Both the position numbers and the translations under genes were made by a program. DNA of 64,000 nucleotides from positions 237,414 to 301,413 of the forward strand of contig NIVC01001159.1 of the NCBI GenBank assembly GCA_002269645.1. The letters run 5' to 3'. This document shows positions 1 to 11,340 of this stretch, piece by piece. Numbering within the stretch: the first letter of the stretch is position 1; each line of letters opens with the position of its first letter. Below the pieces are notes generated by a model. That model made no database searches, had not been told where the DNA came from, and saw only the letters and a list, made by a program, of their open reading frames with translations. The DNA is from Macrostomum lignano (taxonomy: Eukaryota).

Positions 1-2750
1 CAAGCTGCACATCAACATTGCGTCCTATTGGATTGGGCTGAACGAGCTGGGCCAAACCAGCGGCTGGTCGTGGACCGATGGCACCGGGGTCAACTACTTC
101 AACTGGAACGTAGGTGAGCCAAACAACGCAGGCGGAGCTGAGCACTGTGGCGCTTTTTACTCCAGCAACGGACTTTGGAACGACGACCAGTGTGGAGAGC
201 GTCACCGATTCATCTGCAAGCGAAACAACGATACGAGCAGAACGGTGGCGCCTACCACTCCGATGCCAGGATATTGCCCGAAATGGTACTTCAGAGTTGG
301 CAACAAGTGCTTCAGAATTTATGAAGATCAACTGCTGACATGGGCGGATGCAAGAGCTGTGTGCGCGAACACTGGTTCAGAAAATGTTCGCGGCTATCTG
401 GCCAGCATCTCGAACGAGTACGAACAAGGTCCGTCCCGCAACATTTGATTGCTGTAACAAAATGTTATGTATTAAGCGTTTTTAATGTTTCGTAAATATG
501 TATTTCATTTTAGCCGCGCTCACCTCCTACAAGTCATACAACGATAGCAACCTATGGATTGGCCTGTTCGCTCGATACAACATACATTTGTACTACTGGC
601 TTGATAACACACCTTTTACCTACAGTAACTGGGCTTACAACGAGCCCAATAGCGTTAATGTAAGTAAATATCTTCTAAACATTTCCAAGGAACTTATTTT
701 GCTTGTTTTAACATATTTGTAAAAAATTCTAGGAAATGTGCGTCCATATGTACACCGAGAGATTTCGAGCCGGACAATGGAACGACGCAGACTGCAACAG
801 AAAAATGGGATTCGTGTGCATGACATACAAAGATAAGAGTCTCGTAACTGAATGGCAGCCGCCAACCTCCACCGTTTGCGAGGCCAACTGGAAGCCGTTT
901 GGCTCATCCTGCTACAGGTACCTACCCACTGCCAACAGCTGGAGCGACGCGCAGAGGTCTTGTGCCAGTCTTGGCGCTAACTTGGCTTCAATACACGACG
1001 TCTACGAGCAAAACTTTGCCCACTACCTGACTGAATCAATCGCCCAGGTGCCAACTTGGATTGGACTGTCCGATGTAAGCAACATGCGAGGCAACTACGA
1101 GTGGAGCGACAGATGGCACTTAACATACGTAAACTGGGGCAGCGGTCAGCCAGGCAATAATGAGCAGGCTACCTGCGTGCAGATGGACAAGACAGGCGCC
1201 TGGTTCGCCGTCAACTGCACCACTCGCCTGCCAGCCTTGTGCCGGAAAAGCAACGGCCCGATGCCAACAACACAGCCTCATCTGCCTGGCACTTGCCCGC
1301 CAGAGTTTGTCCCCCAGTTTGACAGCTGCTACTTTGCAGCCAACAGCACAGTTCGCGTCTCGGCTTCGACTGCTCAGATCGAGTGCCAGAGGCTCTACCG
1401 CTCTAACCTAGTGAGCATACTCACCCAGAGCGAGCAGAACTTTGTTGCCGGCCTAATAAATAGCAAAGTCCAACAGTCGGGCACTCGTCGGGACTATTGG
1501 ATTGGCTTGCTGCGCAGCAGCACCGGAGGCTTCGAGTGGAACGACCTCAGCCCGCTGGGCTATGTCTACTGGAGCTTGAACGAGCCGTCCAACACGCCTA
1601 ACGAAAACTGCGTTGAAATGTACGAAAGCAACAAGAAGTGGAACGATCACTATTGCAGCAAGCTCAACTCGTACGTATGCAAGATGCCCAAACTACCGTC
1701 AACGGACTCGGGAATAACGACCACTACAACAGCTACCACCAGGACAACTCAGACCACGGTCAGTGGACAGACAAGGCCTACACAGCAACTTACAACAACG
1801 CGAACTGTTACTACACAGAGTCCCGGTGTCAGAGCTATTGCAGGTGAGGGTGCAACAGTTTAGAAAATTACTAGCAAGTGATATGTACTCTAGAGATTTG
1901 TGAAATTTCCTGCTTCAAGCGCCCCTGAAATATTACAAGCGCTAAGTATACAAGCGTATGTAGAAAACACTCGATTTTCTTTAAAATGTTCAGAGGCTGA
2001 TACGGAACGTACAATGTATACTTAGCAGCAGACAAAACTGTCCATCCACCCTTTTTCGGGAGAATTTCGTCTCAGTTAAATGGCAAATCGATCTTACAAT
2101 TCGACCATAGACAAATTTCGCCTATGGGTGGGACGCTTGCTGAGAGCAAGCATGGACAAGAAAGTCTGTTTGAGGCAGAACAGTCCATTCATCTGTTGAC
2201 GAAATTCCCCGGATAAATCCCATGATTTTGTGAGCCGCGCGGCCCATGGAATCGTCAATAATGTGTCTCCGTGGTTTTGAATGCATTCCGTGACCGCTAG
2301 TTTCGTCAATGGTTAATGCTTAGTGGCGCCCCCGAAATGGTCTATGGATTTGAGGACATGAAAGAGCGAATGAGATTCCGTCTCATTACTGCCCGAAAAT
2401 CCATAAGAAGAACCATTAGTTCCATTACTTAATCCACAGTCCCACTGCATGCAATAAACCCATCTGGACTATCTCAATCACTCGCAGATCTGAAAAACGA
2501 CGCCTTGGTGATAGGCGCTGTTGTGCTGTTCCTAGCCCTGCTCATTGGAGCAGTTTTGGCCGTGTTTTTCTACCGCCGGCAAGTCGGCCCGAAGTCCGTG
2601 GGCGGCGGCGGCGGCGGCGGCGAGGAGTCCGGCTTTGCCAACGCGAACTGGTCCAGCGCCACCAACGAGGTGAGCCTGGAGACCGGCAGGTCGGGAGACA
2701 CCGAATCCAAGGACGGCTTCTCGAATCCGTCATTTGCCGGGGACAACTAA
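1..2750 (+). CDS. Multi-CTLD type I membrane C-type lectin (macrophage mannose receptor-like), 3' part; 5' end lies outside the window
   Basis: Exons <1-428, 514-659, 733-1843, 2488-2750 joined by GT-AG introns in consistent phase. Four CTLDs with WIGL and EPN/WND motifs (EPNNAGGAEHC..WNDDQC; EPNSVNEMC..WNDADC), a Thr-rich stalk, a TM helix (LVIGAVVLFLALLIGAVLAVFFY) and a tail ending GFSNPSFAGDN*. Confidence 0.92.
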
Positions 2751-3845
2751 TCAAGCCACGGGAGTTGGGAACAAAATGACAGATTACTGCTGGTAGACTG
2801 CTTTGTAAAGTGCAACAGATCTGCAACCCTAATGATCCGCTCCGAATGTTAAAAATTGTAATTGCTTAGTTTTCTGACTTGAGATGCTTATATTAAACTG
2901 AATCATGAAGCAATTTAATAGTAGAAATACCAACGCAAATAACTGCTACCTCCTATCAACACGAAGGTAAAAAATCAGAGAATTCAGAGAACTAAGGTGA
3001 CGCATTTTTAAAGTATAAGCGAGTCATCACCAGCTTAAAGTCTACTGAGGTTTGCATGGTCAAAAAATTGTTTAGAAAAAAACTTGGTATTTCTACTAAA
3101 AATTTCAGTTATTAGGCTTACTAAAGCAAAATTGATAAATGATTTTAATCGAATAATAAAAAATTCCTGATGCCTTTTCAATAATAAATACATGAAGAAC
3201 AATAATTTAACTTTGAAAACGTCAACTCAAAGTGTATTAACACTGTAATTAGCTGTCATAACACATTTAAATATTATGCCACAGAAATAAAATAAAGCGC
3301 GGGTAAATAAAGTTACTAAGACTACAATTAATTCTTCAAAACATAGTTAAACTCTACTTGAGACTTTTATAAGTAGGAATTTCTGCAAAGAAGCGTGTCT
3401 TTGTGCTCAAAGTACTCATACAAAAGCAGCTGCGCTTAGATGCCGGGCAAATTTTATACTCAGTACAGTACACAGGTAAATAAAAGCGCAACAATACGCA
3501 TTGATTGCTAATAATTAGGCACTAATGTGTGGACAAGCTTACAGGTAACAGCTGGTTTATATGATGCTTAAGCTCATGCTAATCTTCGGAAAAATATCAT
3601 TTCTTGGAATTCGATACCTTAGTCGTAATTCCTAATATTAATGCCGTGTCGTCCTTCAAATGCCTATAACTGTCGAATAACTACATAACCAAACCTACAA
3701 CTTTAGTAGTCTTTCCTATTGTTACAATGGTGATCTGCAACGATTCAAAACCGGCTCGTAAACATTCTCATCGGACTAAACCAGGCTGTAACGGGCGGCA
3801 CAGGAATTATGCAATGTTTTGTTGTCCAACAAATTTGTCCGCTGC

Positions 3846-6800
3846 TCACGCGACCAGGTGACCAACTAGTTCGTCATCTTCAGCGCGCAGATGGGGCCGG
3901 TGCAGCGGGCTCAGCCAGCGCCAGGAGGCCGGCTGGCCGAACACCCTGGCCAGTCGGTCAGAACAGCTCAAACCTTGAGCAGTTCTCTGCTCGCCTTTGA
4001 TTCGCTCGATTCCCTGGGGGGGATTTTTGTAGAAAGTAGGAAGAAAATTTCCTCCCCTCCCCATGCATCAATCAATAAGAAGCGCTGATGTACAAGTTCA
4101 AGAGAAACAGTTTCTATGCAAAGACTTAGTGGTGAAAACAAAATAGAATCATTTTATAGTTCTAGTTTACAAGACGCTCCTTGCTCTTCTTTAGCCTTGA
4201 TTATTGTGAACTATTGAATTATCGTTTTAAATTTGAGACTATTTTGATATATTCCTCATTGAGAAATCAAAGAGAAACCTTTCCCAGACAGAATTTTAAG
4301 TTTGTCCCGATAAACGACTCAGCTACCCGAAAGCTTCCTACGTAAATTAGAAGACAATGTCTTTCGAGTTTTGCACAAGCCACATCAATAAAGGAGTGCA
4401 ATTTCAAGGACTACTGTAGTACGAAGTATAACAGGAGACAAAACTCAAAGACGGTTTACTTTTTAGCCTCCGAGAAAACTACACCTTGTGCAAGTTACAA
4501 GGCCCTCTGTGCTTGCATCATCGCAAAATCAAAACTACTTGAAGTATAGACAAGAGGCACATAATTTGGACACTACAAAACATACGACACTTCACAATGT
4601 CCACTTACCGTTGTGTTGGTGAGAATAGCGCTGATCTGCGATCCCGCCATCACCGCGGTGAATATGCCAAATAAGAGGCTGAGCACAATCAGTATGAGCA
4701 GTAGCATTGTGCTCATAGCGGGAGATGGACCGCCGCTACAGGCTGAAGGGTTTAATACAACCTACTTTTTGAGCCACTGAATCAATTAGTCTTTTATGCT
4801 GTTATACAATTTCAGTTCAAATTGTACTCACCATCCCACTCAGATCTGAGACAGATTGCGAAATAGTGCAAGCACAGGTAGACCGTAAACCAACTCACTA
4901 GGGAAATGTAAGCCTGGAAATCGTGTTGTAGGGGGGTATTTCAAACAGTTAGTAACATTAATTAGTTCTATCCTGTTTAGGATGTGTTTGAAGGTATTCC
5001 CAAAGCAAACAAAATGTTCTAAATAAATAAGTAATAAAACATATTTAATAAATTATTCATTACATGTCGTTAATAACCAGCTGAGAAGTTTCGTAAGTCA
5101 AGATCGGTAGCAATCTGGGGTAAGTTAAGCAGTTAACGGGTTTGGGCGGATTTGCTTCCCCCCCCTACTATTAGTAGTTTTGGTTTCGGAAATGTGAGGA
5201 TGAGTGGATAGGTTAGTTAAGGGGTCATGTGGATTTCTAATAAGTAAAGTTGATTGCATGTTTTGACGCTAAAAGCAAGAATCAGCCGTAAAGACGGTCT
5301 CTGACTGTTTTTACCCTGACTGCCTCTCTGGTAGCTTGTCTAAGGGTTGTGCGCAATCCGATTGGCCTAGCTTCGGCTAGCCCAATAATAAGGGTCCGCC
5401 CCAAAGGGGCTGTGCCCATCTAAAAATAACCCTATTTCTCTAACGTACATTCCAATTATTTGGCCCTCGGCCTTGGGTTAGGGGGGGGTGTACCTGGAGT
5501 GAGTGTGTACTCTGGACTGCAGTGTGGCTAGAACGGGACTTGAGCCCCCCGGTCGTACCCGCCCTGCAGGAAAGAATGACCATTCACCAAGGTGTACGGT
5601 AGAGCCTAGTTGATGCCAGCCCTGAGGCTGAGCCCCGGGTTGCAGGTTGCCTCTCACCTGCTAGTAGGGTTCAGGTGCTCCTTCTGCCATTCTTTTTTCT
5701 GGGCTGGCATCCCAGCGCGGTTTTATCCCTTGCTTTTATGCTTTTATTCTTTTATCAGGCCATTAGTTTGCCTTCCAATCTTTGGAGTTATGAGCTCTGC
5801 CCTACCTGCCCGATCCATCCTGCTCTGTACTTGGTCCATCTGCTGGCTCCTCTGGTTGTCTCCCTGCCTAAGTGTCTGGCTCTCATCCTGACAGTGGATT
5901 GGAGTCCTGGGGAATGAGTTTGTCCCGAATCGGGGATACCGACTGAGTCCGGGTCCTCTTGCTCCTTTTGCCCCTTCCCGACCCCTTGGCCTGGCCTCCA
6001 ATATAGAGCTGGATAGGCGATACCCTTGGGGTTTGTAGCCGGTAGACGGTCTTCCTGCCTGGAGTCTCGCCCTCGGAAACAAGCCTTCCAGACTCGCTCC
6101 AATAGTTCAGCCATTTCCGTAGACTTCGGGGTTTCCCCGCTCTCGGACCGCTCTCAGTAGTAACCCAAGCTTTTTTCGCAATTTCCAATTTTTCTGCGCA
6201 CTCCCGAAGACTTGTCTGCTGGGTGGGTGGCCTGGGTGGACTCGGTCTCAGCACCGTCCCTGATTCCACTTTTTGGGTTGGCGGTGTCTTGTACCGTAGG
6301 TTTGGGCTAGTAGCACCAATACTCATGTTCTCACCAGAGTCCTGAGCTCTGGTCCCAATCGTGGCCTCTCGGGCTACATGCCCCTGGCAGTATGGCCCAC
6401 AGAATAGATCCAGCGGCAGAGCCCCTCTAGGGCTGATCCGCGGTAGGCCCCTGGCTTTCCTCCCCCGTTTAACAACAAAGGCAAGAATCAGGAGTTATGA
6501 GCTCTGCCCTCCCTGTCTGGTCCATCTTGGTTGCCTCGGTCCATCTGCTGGCTCCTCTGGTATAGTCTCCCTGCTTATTGTGTCTCGGCTCTCATCACTG
6601 ACAGGGGATTGGTGTCCTGGGGAATGAGTTCGTCCCGAATCGGCTGAGTCCGGTGTCCCTTTGCTCATTGTGCTCCTCACCAACCCCTTGGCCTGGGCTT
6701 ATTAGAGCTGGACAGCGAAAAAGCCTTGAGGCTTGCAGTCCTATAGGAGGATTTATGCGGTTGCCTACCTGATGGGAGACTCGCCCACCGCAATAAGCTT

Positions 6801-9336
6801 CCAGACTCGCTCCAATAGTTTAGCCTTTTCCGTAGACTCGGGTCTTTCCGCTCTCGGACTGCTTAGTAATTCCAAAACCTCTTAGAGCTGGGTAGTGAAA
6901 AAGCCTTGTGGCTTGCAGCTATATATGGGGAACTTTATAGACTTTCTGCCTCCTGATTGGAGACTCGCCCTTGGTAAACTAGCTGCTCAGACTGGCTCAA
7001 ATCTAAAGCCTTTTTCCGTAGACTTCGGGTTTTCCGCTCTGGGACCGTTTTTAAAAAATTTTCCCAAATTTTTCTCGCGCGCACACAACTCGGGTTTTGT
7101 CGTTGGGGGGGGGGGTGGCTTGGGTGGATTCGGCCCTTGCACCGTCCCTGATTCCCCTATGGGTTGGCGGTGTCTTAGTCCATAGGCTTGGGTTAGTAGC
7201 AACCAATAAGGCTTCACCAGGCCTTGAGTCCTGGTCCCAATCTGGGCCTCTCGGGCTTCGGCCCTGGTAGCATGGCCCCCTACAAGATCCAGAGGCAGAG
7301 CCCTACTTCGGCTGATCCGCTGGTAGCCCCGGCTTCCCACCCCCTTTAGCAACAGCAACAGCAACAATTGAACCGATGGACTTAAAAGCCGCTGACCAGC
7401 TAATTAAACTTACGGTAAACAGGACAAAGAATTTCTGATTGCGCAGGCCGACACAGTTGTTAATCCACGGGCAGTGATGATCCATGCGACGAATGCAGCG
7501 GCCGCAGACGCTGCAGTGATGCGTGCGGTCCGGCTTGACGCAGTCGCAGCGGGCGCAGCGGTACACGACGCGGTCACGACCGTCTGGCAGGGGGCCCAAG
7601 CGCAGCAAGTTCTCGTGGTTGGCGCTACCAAGCGGCACCGCACCCTGCGTGAACAGTTAGTTTTATATGCGAGTTTAGAGCGCGAGAGTGGGCTCGGAGG
7701 TAAATGATCACATTTAAATGATGGAGGGTTAAATGACTGGAGTTGAGGGAGTAGAGATTGAAAAGAATAGAGTTGGTGTAGGTATTTGGCAGATGGGAAT
7801 TGAGGCGATCGGGAATAAATATTGATGGGATGGAGATGGAGAACATGGAATTGAAGGATGAGGATGGGAATCGAAAGGATGGGGTTTGGGAGAGGGGTTT
7901 GAGAGGATGAAGATCGAGATGATGGGGTTAGAGGGCACGGGGTTTGGTGTGATTGGGTTTGAGGGGATGGGGATCGAGAGGATGGGGTTTGAGGGCACGG
8001 GGTTTGGTGTGATTGGGTTTGAGGGGATGGGGATCGAGAGGATGGGGTTTGAGGGGATGGGGATCGAGAGGATGGGGTTTGAGGGGATGGGGATCGAGAG
8101 GATGGGGTTTGAGGGGATGGGGATCGAGAGGATGGGGTTTGAGGGGATGGGGATCGAGAGGATGGGGTTTGAGGGGATGGGGATCGAGAGGATGGGGTTT
8201 GAGGGGATGGGGATCGAGAGGATGGGGCTTGAGGAGATGGGGTTTGAGGGGATAGGGTTTGAGGGGATGGGGTTTGAGGAGTTGGGGTTTGATGAGATAG
8301 GGTTTGAGCGTATGGGGATCGAGGGGATGGAGTTTGAGGGAATGGGGATCGAGGGGATGGGGTTTGAGGGGATGGGGATCGAGGTGATGGGGATTAAGAG
8401 GACGGGGATCGAGAGGATGGGATAGAGGGCACGGGGTTTGAGGTGATGGGGTTTGAGGGGATGGGGATAAGGGGCATGGGGTTTGATGAGATGGGGTTTG
8501 AGGAGATGGGGTTTGAGGAGATTGGGATCGAGGGGATGGGGATGGGGATCAGTGTGATGAGGATTAAGGGGATGGGGTTTGAGAAGATGAGGTTGAGGGT
8601 ATGGGGTTGAGGGGATGGCGATTTAGATGGGAATTGAGGAATTGAGATGAGATGGATTGAGAAGATGGATATTGAGTGACGGGGTGATTGAAAGAGAGTA
8701 AATCCAGAATGAATATTTGGAATGGGGATTGTGTCGGTAGGGATTAAATAGGTGGGGGATGCAGAAGAGATTTTGTGGATGGCGATCGAGCGGGTGGGAA
8801 TTAAAGTCTAAAAGCAAAAGCAAAGGCTGAAGGCAAACCGGATCGCTGAAGACAGCCCGCAGATGTGCAGTCAACGCCAGACCCATCAGTATGTGGAAGC
8901 AGATGCCGCCAAGAAGTCGGAATGTGGCAGAAGGCGCTGGGGCCAGAATGACGCAGAGGGTGATGAGTTCAGCGTAGAGCATGACAAGCCAAGCCAGGCA
9001 AAGGCAGACAAGGCCGAGACCGTCGCGTACAATCTTAATAAATCAGAATGAGAAATAACTTGTACAAAACTTCTCAGCTGCTACTAAGAGTAAAGTCTTG
9101 CTTTCACAGCTCACCCATCTGCCAGCAGCGTCTACCCGGGTCTGCCTGCCTGGCCGAGCAGTCCAGCCAGCGGCAGTGCGCACTACAATTCGTGGCCCAA
9201 CTGGCTGCTGCAAATCACTGCTAGTGGTGGTGGAGCAGTCATTTTCGTGAACCAGCTGGACTGCTGGAGACTGCTGGCCCTGCTGAATAGCTGAGGCATC
9301 TGGGTCCAAGTCGAGGAGGGTAGACTTGTCCTCCAT
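3846..9336 (-). CDS. ZDHHC3: DHHC palmitoyltransferase, ZDHHC3/7-like (~343 aa, 6 coding exons)
   Basis: Exons 9336-9115, 9033-8839, 7644-7414, 4913-4832, 4742-4609, 4013-3846 splice in frame. Contains [55 protein letters not shown] and VFG..W..P motifs typical of ZDHHC3/7. Confidence 0.93.
5286..6476 (+). mobile_element. Candidate non-coding retroposon (SINE-like) with an SL-RNA-like 5' end, full-length copy
   Basis: Flanked by a 15-bp direct repeat with 14/15 identity (AAAAGCAAGAATCAG 5271-5285; AAAGGCAAGAATCAG 6477-6491). Starts CCGTAAAGACGGTCTCT, ends in an AACAAC tail, and has many hairpins including cUUCGg loops. Confidence 0.6.
6492..7348 (+). mobile_element. Older, 5'-truncated, diverged copy of the same retroposon with an internal ~175-bp duplication
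   Basis: Colinear with 5785-6476 (shared blocks GAGTTATGAGCTCTGCCCT, GGGGAATGAGTT, GACTCGCTCCAATAGTT, CCGTCCCTGATTCC, GGTTGGCGGTGTCTT). 6702-6870 is repeated at 6882-7050. Ends in an (AGCAAC)n tail. Confidence 0.6.
7860..8700 (+). repeat. G-rich 30-bp minisatellite (GAGGGGATGGGGATCGAGAGGATGGGGTTT), degenerating at both ends, in ZDHHC intron 2
   Basis: Direct tandem repeats are visible; the periodic ORFs in the track ([10 protein letters not shown]) are artefacts of it. Confidence 0.9.
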
Positions 9337-9689
9337 CTGAAGAAAGCAATTTATTAATTAACTTCTTTTTATAATACTAAGCAAAATTTTGGGTTCATAA
9401 CTTATAATTTGACTTATAAATTATAATATAAATAATACTTTATTTGCTTGATAAACATTTATAAATAACACTTAGGTTAAAATACATGGCTTGGCTATAT
9501 TATTCTATATAGCTTACTAGGTCTATGGAAAGTGTACTGAAAAAAGTGTACTGATTTATAAGTGGGATGCTTCAAAAATGTCTAGGTCTAGGCATAATTA
9601 TAAAAAAACTTTTGACTAGCATTATCTTAGAACCACTTGATTTGTCAGCTGTGTATGAAATATAATCAGGCATATTCATGAAAAAAAGT

Positions 9690-10570
9690 TTATAATATTA
9701 AAAGTAAACAGTACACAATGAGCAAAAATACATTCATTAAAATAGATTGATATATACTGTATAATATATATATATATATACTCGTATCAATATTGATATT
9801 TTTATGTAAGTCTTAATATCAATCTGTTTTAATGAATGTATTTTTGCTCATTGTGTACTGTTTACTTTTAATATTATACACAATGAGCAAAAATACATTC
9901 ATTAAAACAGATTGATATTATCTGTTTTAATGATATACACATATACACATATACAGTACATACACACAATACAGTACACATATATATATATACAAAATAT
10001 ATATACAAAATTTAAAATCCATTCAAATCCAGATCAAATACATTCATTAAAATAGATTGACTAGTATCATTGTGTACTGTGAAAATGAATGAATTTAATG
10101 AAAAAAAGTTTATAATATTAAAAGTAAACAGTACACAATGAGCAAAAATACATTCATTAAAATAGATTTTAATGAATTAATAATATTAATATTAATATAA
10201 AATTAATATAAAAGCTTATATTGATATTATAAACATTTTTTCATTAAATTCATTCATTTTCACAGTACACAATGAGCAAAAATATATTCATTAAAACAGA
10301 TTGATATTAAGACTTACATAAAAATATCAATAATGATATATGCAGTATATATCAGTTTATATGTCTTATATCTTATATGTCTTATCTGTTTATTGTAAGT
10401 CTTAATACAGTGATATTAATACATTAATACATTATAAGATATAATATACATTATTACATTAATATACCCTAATACAATAGGGATACATTAATACATTAAT
10501 ACAATCTGTTTTAATGAATGTATTTTTGCTCATTGTGTACTGTTTACTTTTAATATTATAAACTTTATAT
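9690..10570. repeat. AT-rich cluster of ~60-bp direct and inverted duplications
   Basis: Unit CAGTACACAATGAGCAAAAATACATTCATTAAAA recurs in both orientations; near-perfect inverted arms at 9691-9752 and 9816-9878. Confidence 0.85.
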
Positions 10571-10902
10571 AAGTAAACAGTTAAACATAACAGTTTAACA
10601 TAACATAATGTAACATAGGCCTAATGTAACGTAACATAACATAACATAACATAACATAACAGTTTAACATAACAGTTTAACTGTTTAACAGTTTAAGTTA
10701 AACAGTAAACATAAAACTTATATATAACACACTTATATATAAGTGTGTTCAGACTTAAATATCTAAATAAAAATATCTTTTAAAATATCATACTTCATAA
10801 TGAAAAATGCAATAGACTTGCTTTTGCATTTTGGTTGTGCTTCCCAGACTTTACTAATAAATAAAAACCAATTGGTTCATAATAGCAGACAAATTAATAA
10901 TT

Positions 10903-11340
10903 GATTGAAGTTAAATTTCAGATCCTAGAATAGAGAAGTAAGTATGCTGCCATGAATTTGTGTGTTCCGCAGTGCTGAGTGAGTTTGCTTCTGAGGCCTG
11001 CTGAACTGTATAGTAAATTCTTAGATTTTAGAGTTTTTCGACATTTTAAATCGATTGAAGTTAAATTTTAGATCCTAGAATAGAGAAGTAAGTATGCTGC
11101 CATGAATTTGTGTGTTTCGCAGTGCTGAGACTCAGTGAGTTTGCTTCTGAGGCCTGCTGAACTGTATAGTAAATTCTTAGATTTTAGAGTTTTTCGACAT
11201 TTTAAATCGATTGAAGTTAAATTTCAGATCCTAGAATAGAGAAGTAAGTATGCTGCCATGAATTTGTGTGTTTCGCAGTGCTGAGTGAGTTTTCTTATGA
11301 GGCCTGCTGAACTGTATAGATAGTAAATTCTTAGATTTTA
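10903..11340 (+). repeat. Three tandem copies of a ~150-bp unit
   Basis: ATTGAAGTTAAATTT(C/T)AGATCCTAGAATAGAGAAGTAAGT... recurs with periods of 150 and 156 bp. Confidence 0.9.

Noticed and set aside
5420-5730. TAACCCTA template-like octamer and a U-rich GCTG..CAGC segment suggesting telomerase RNA
   Set aside because: The octamer can pair with GGGTTA at ~5476-5481, no A-rich P3 partner or H/ACA end is seen, and the region sits in a TSD-flanked repeated element.
5788-7367. Minus-strand ORFs of 108-147 aa inside the intronic element
   Set aside because: No recognisable domain, frames are not preserved between the two copies, and the conserved features are plus-strand stems.
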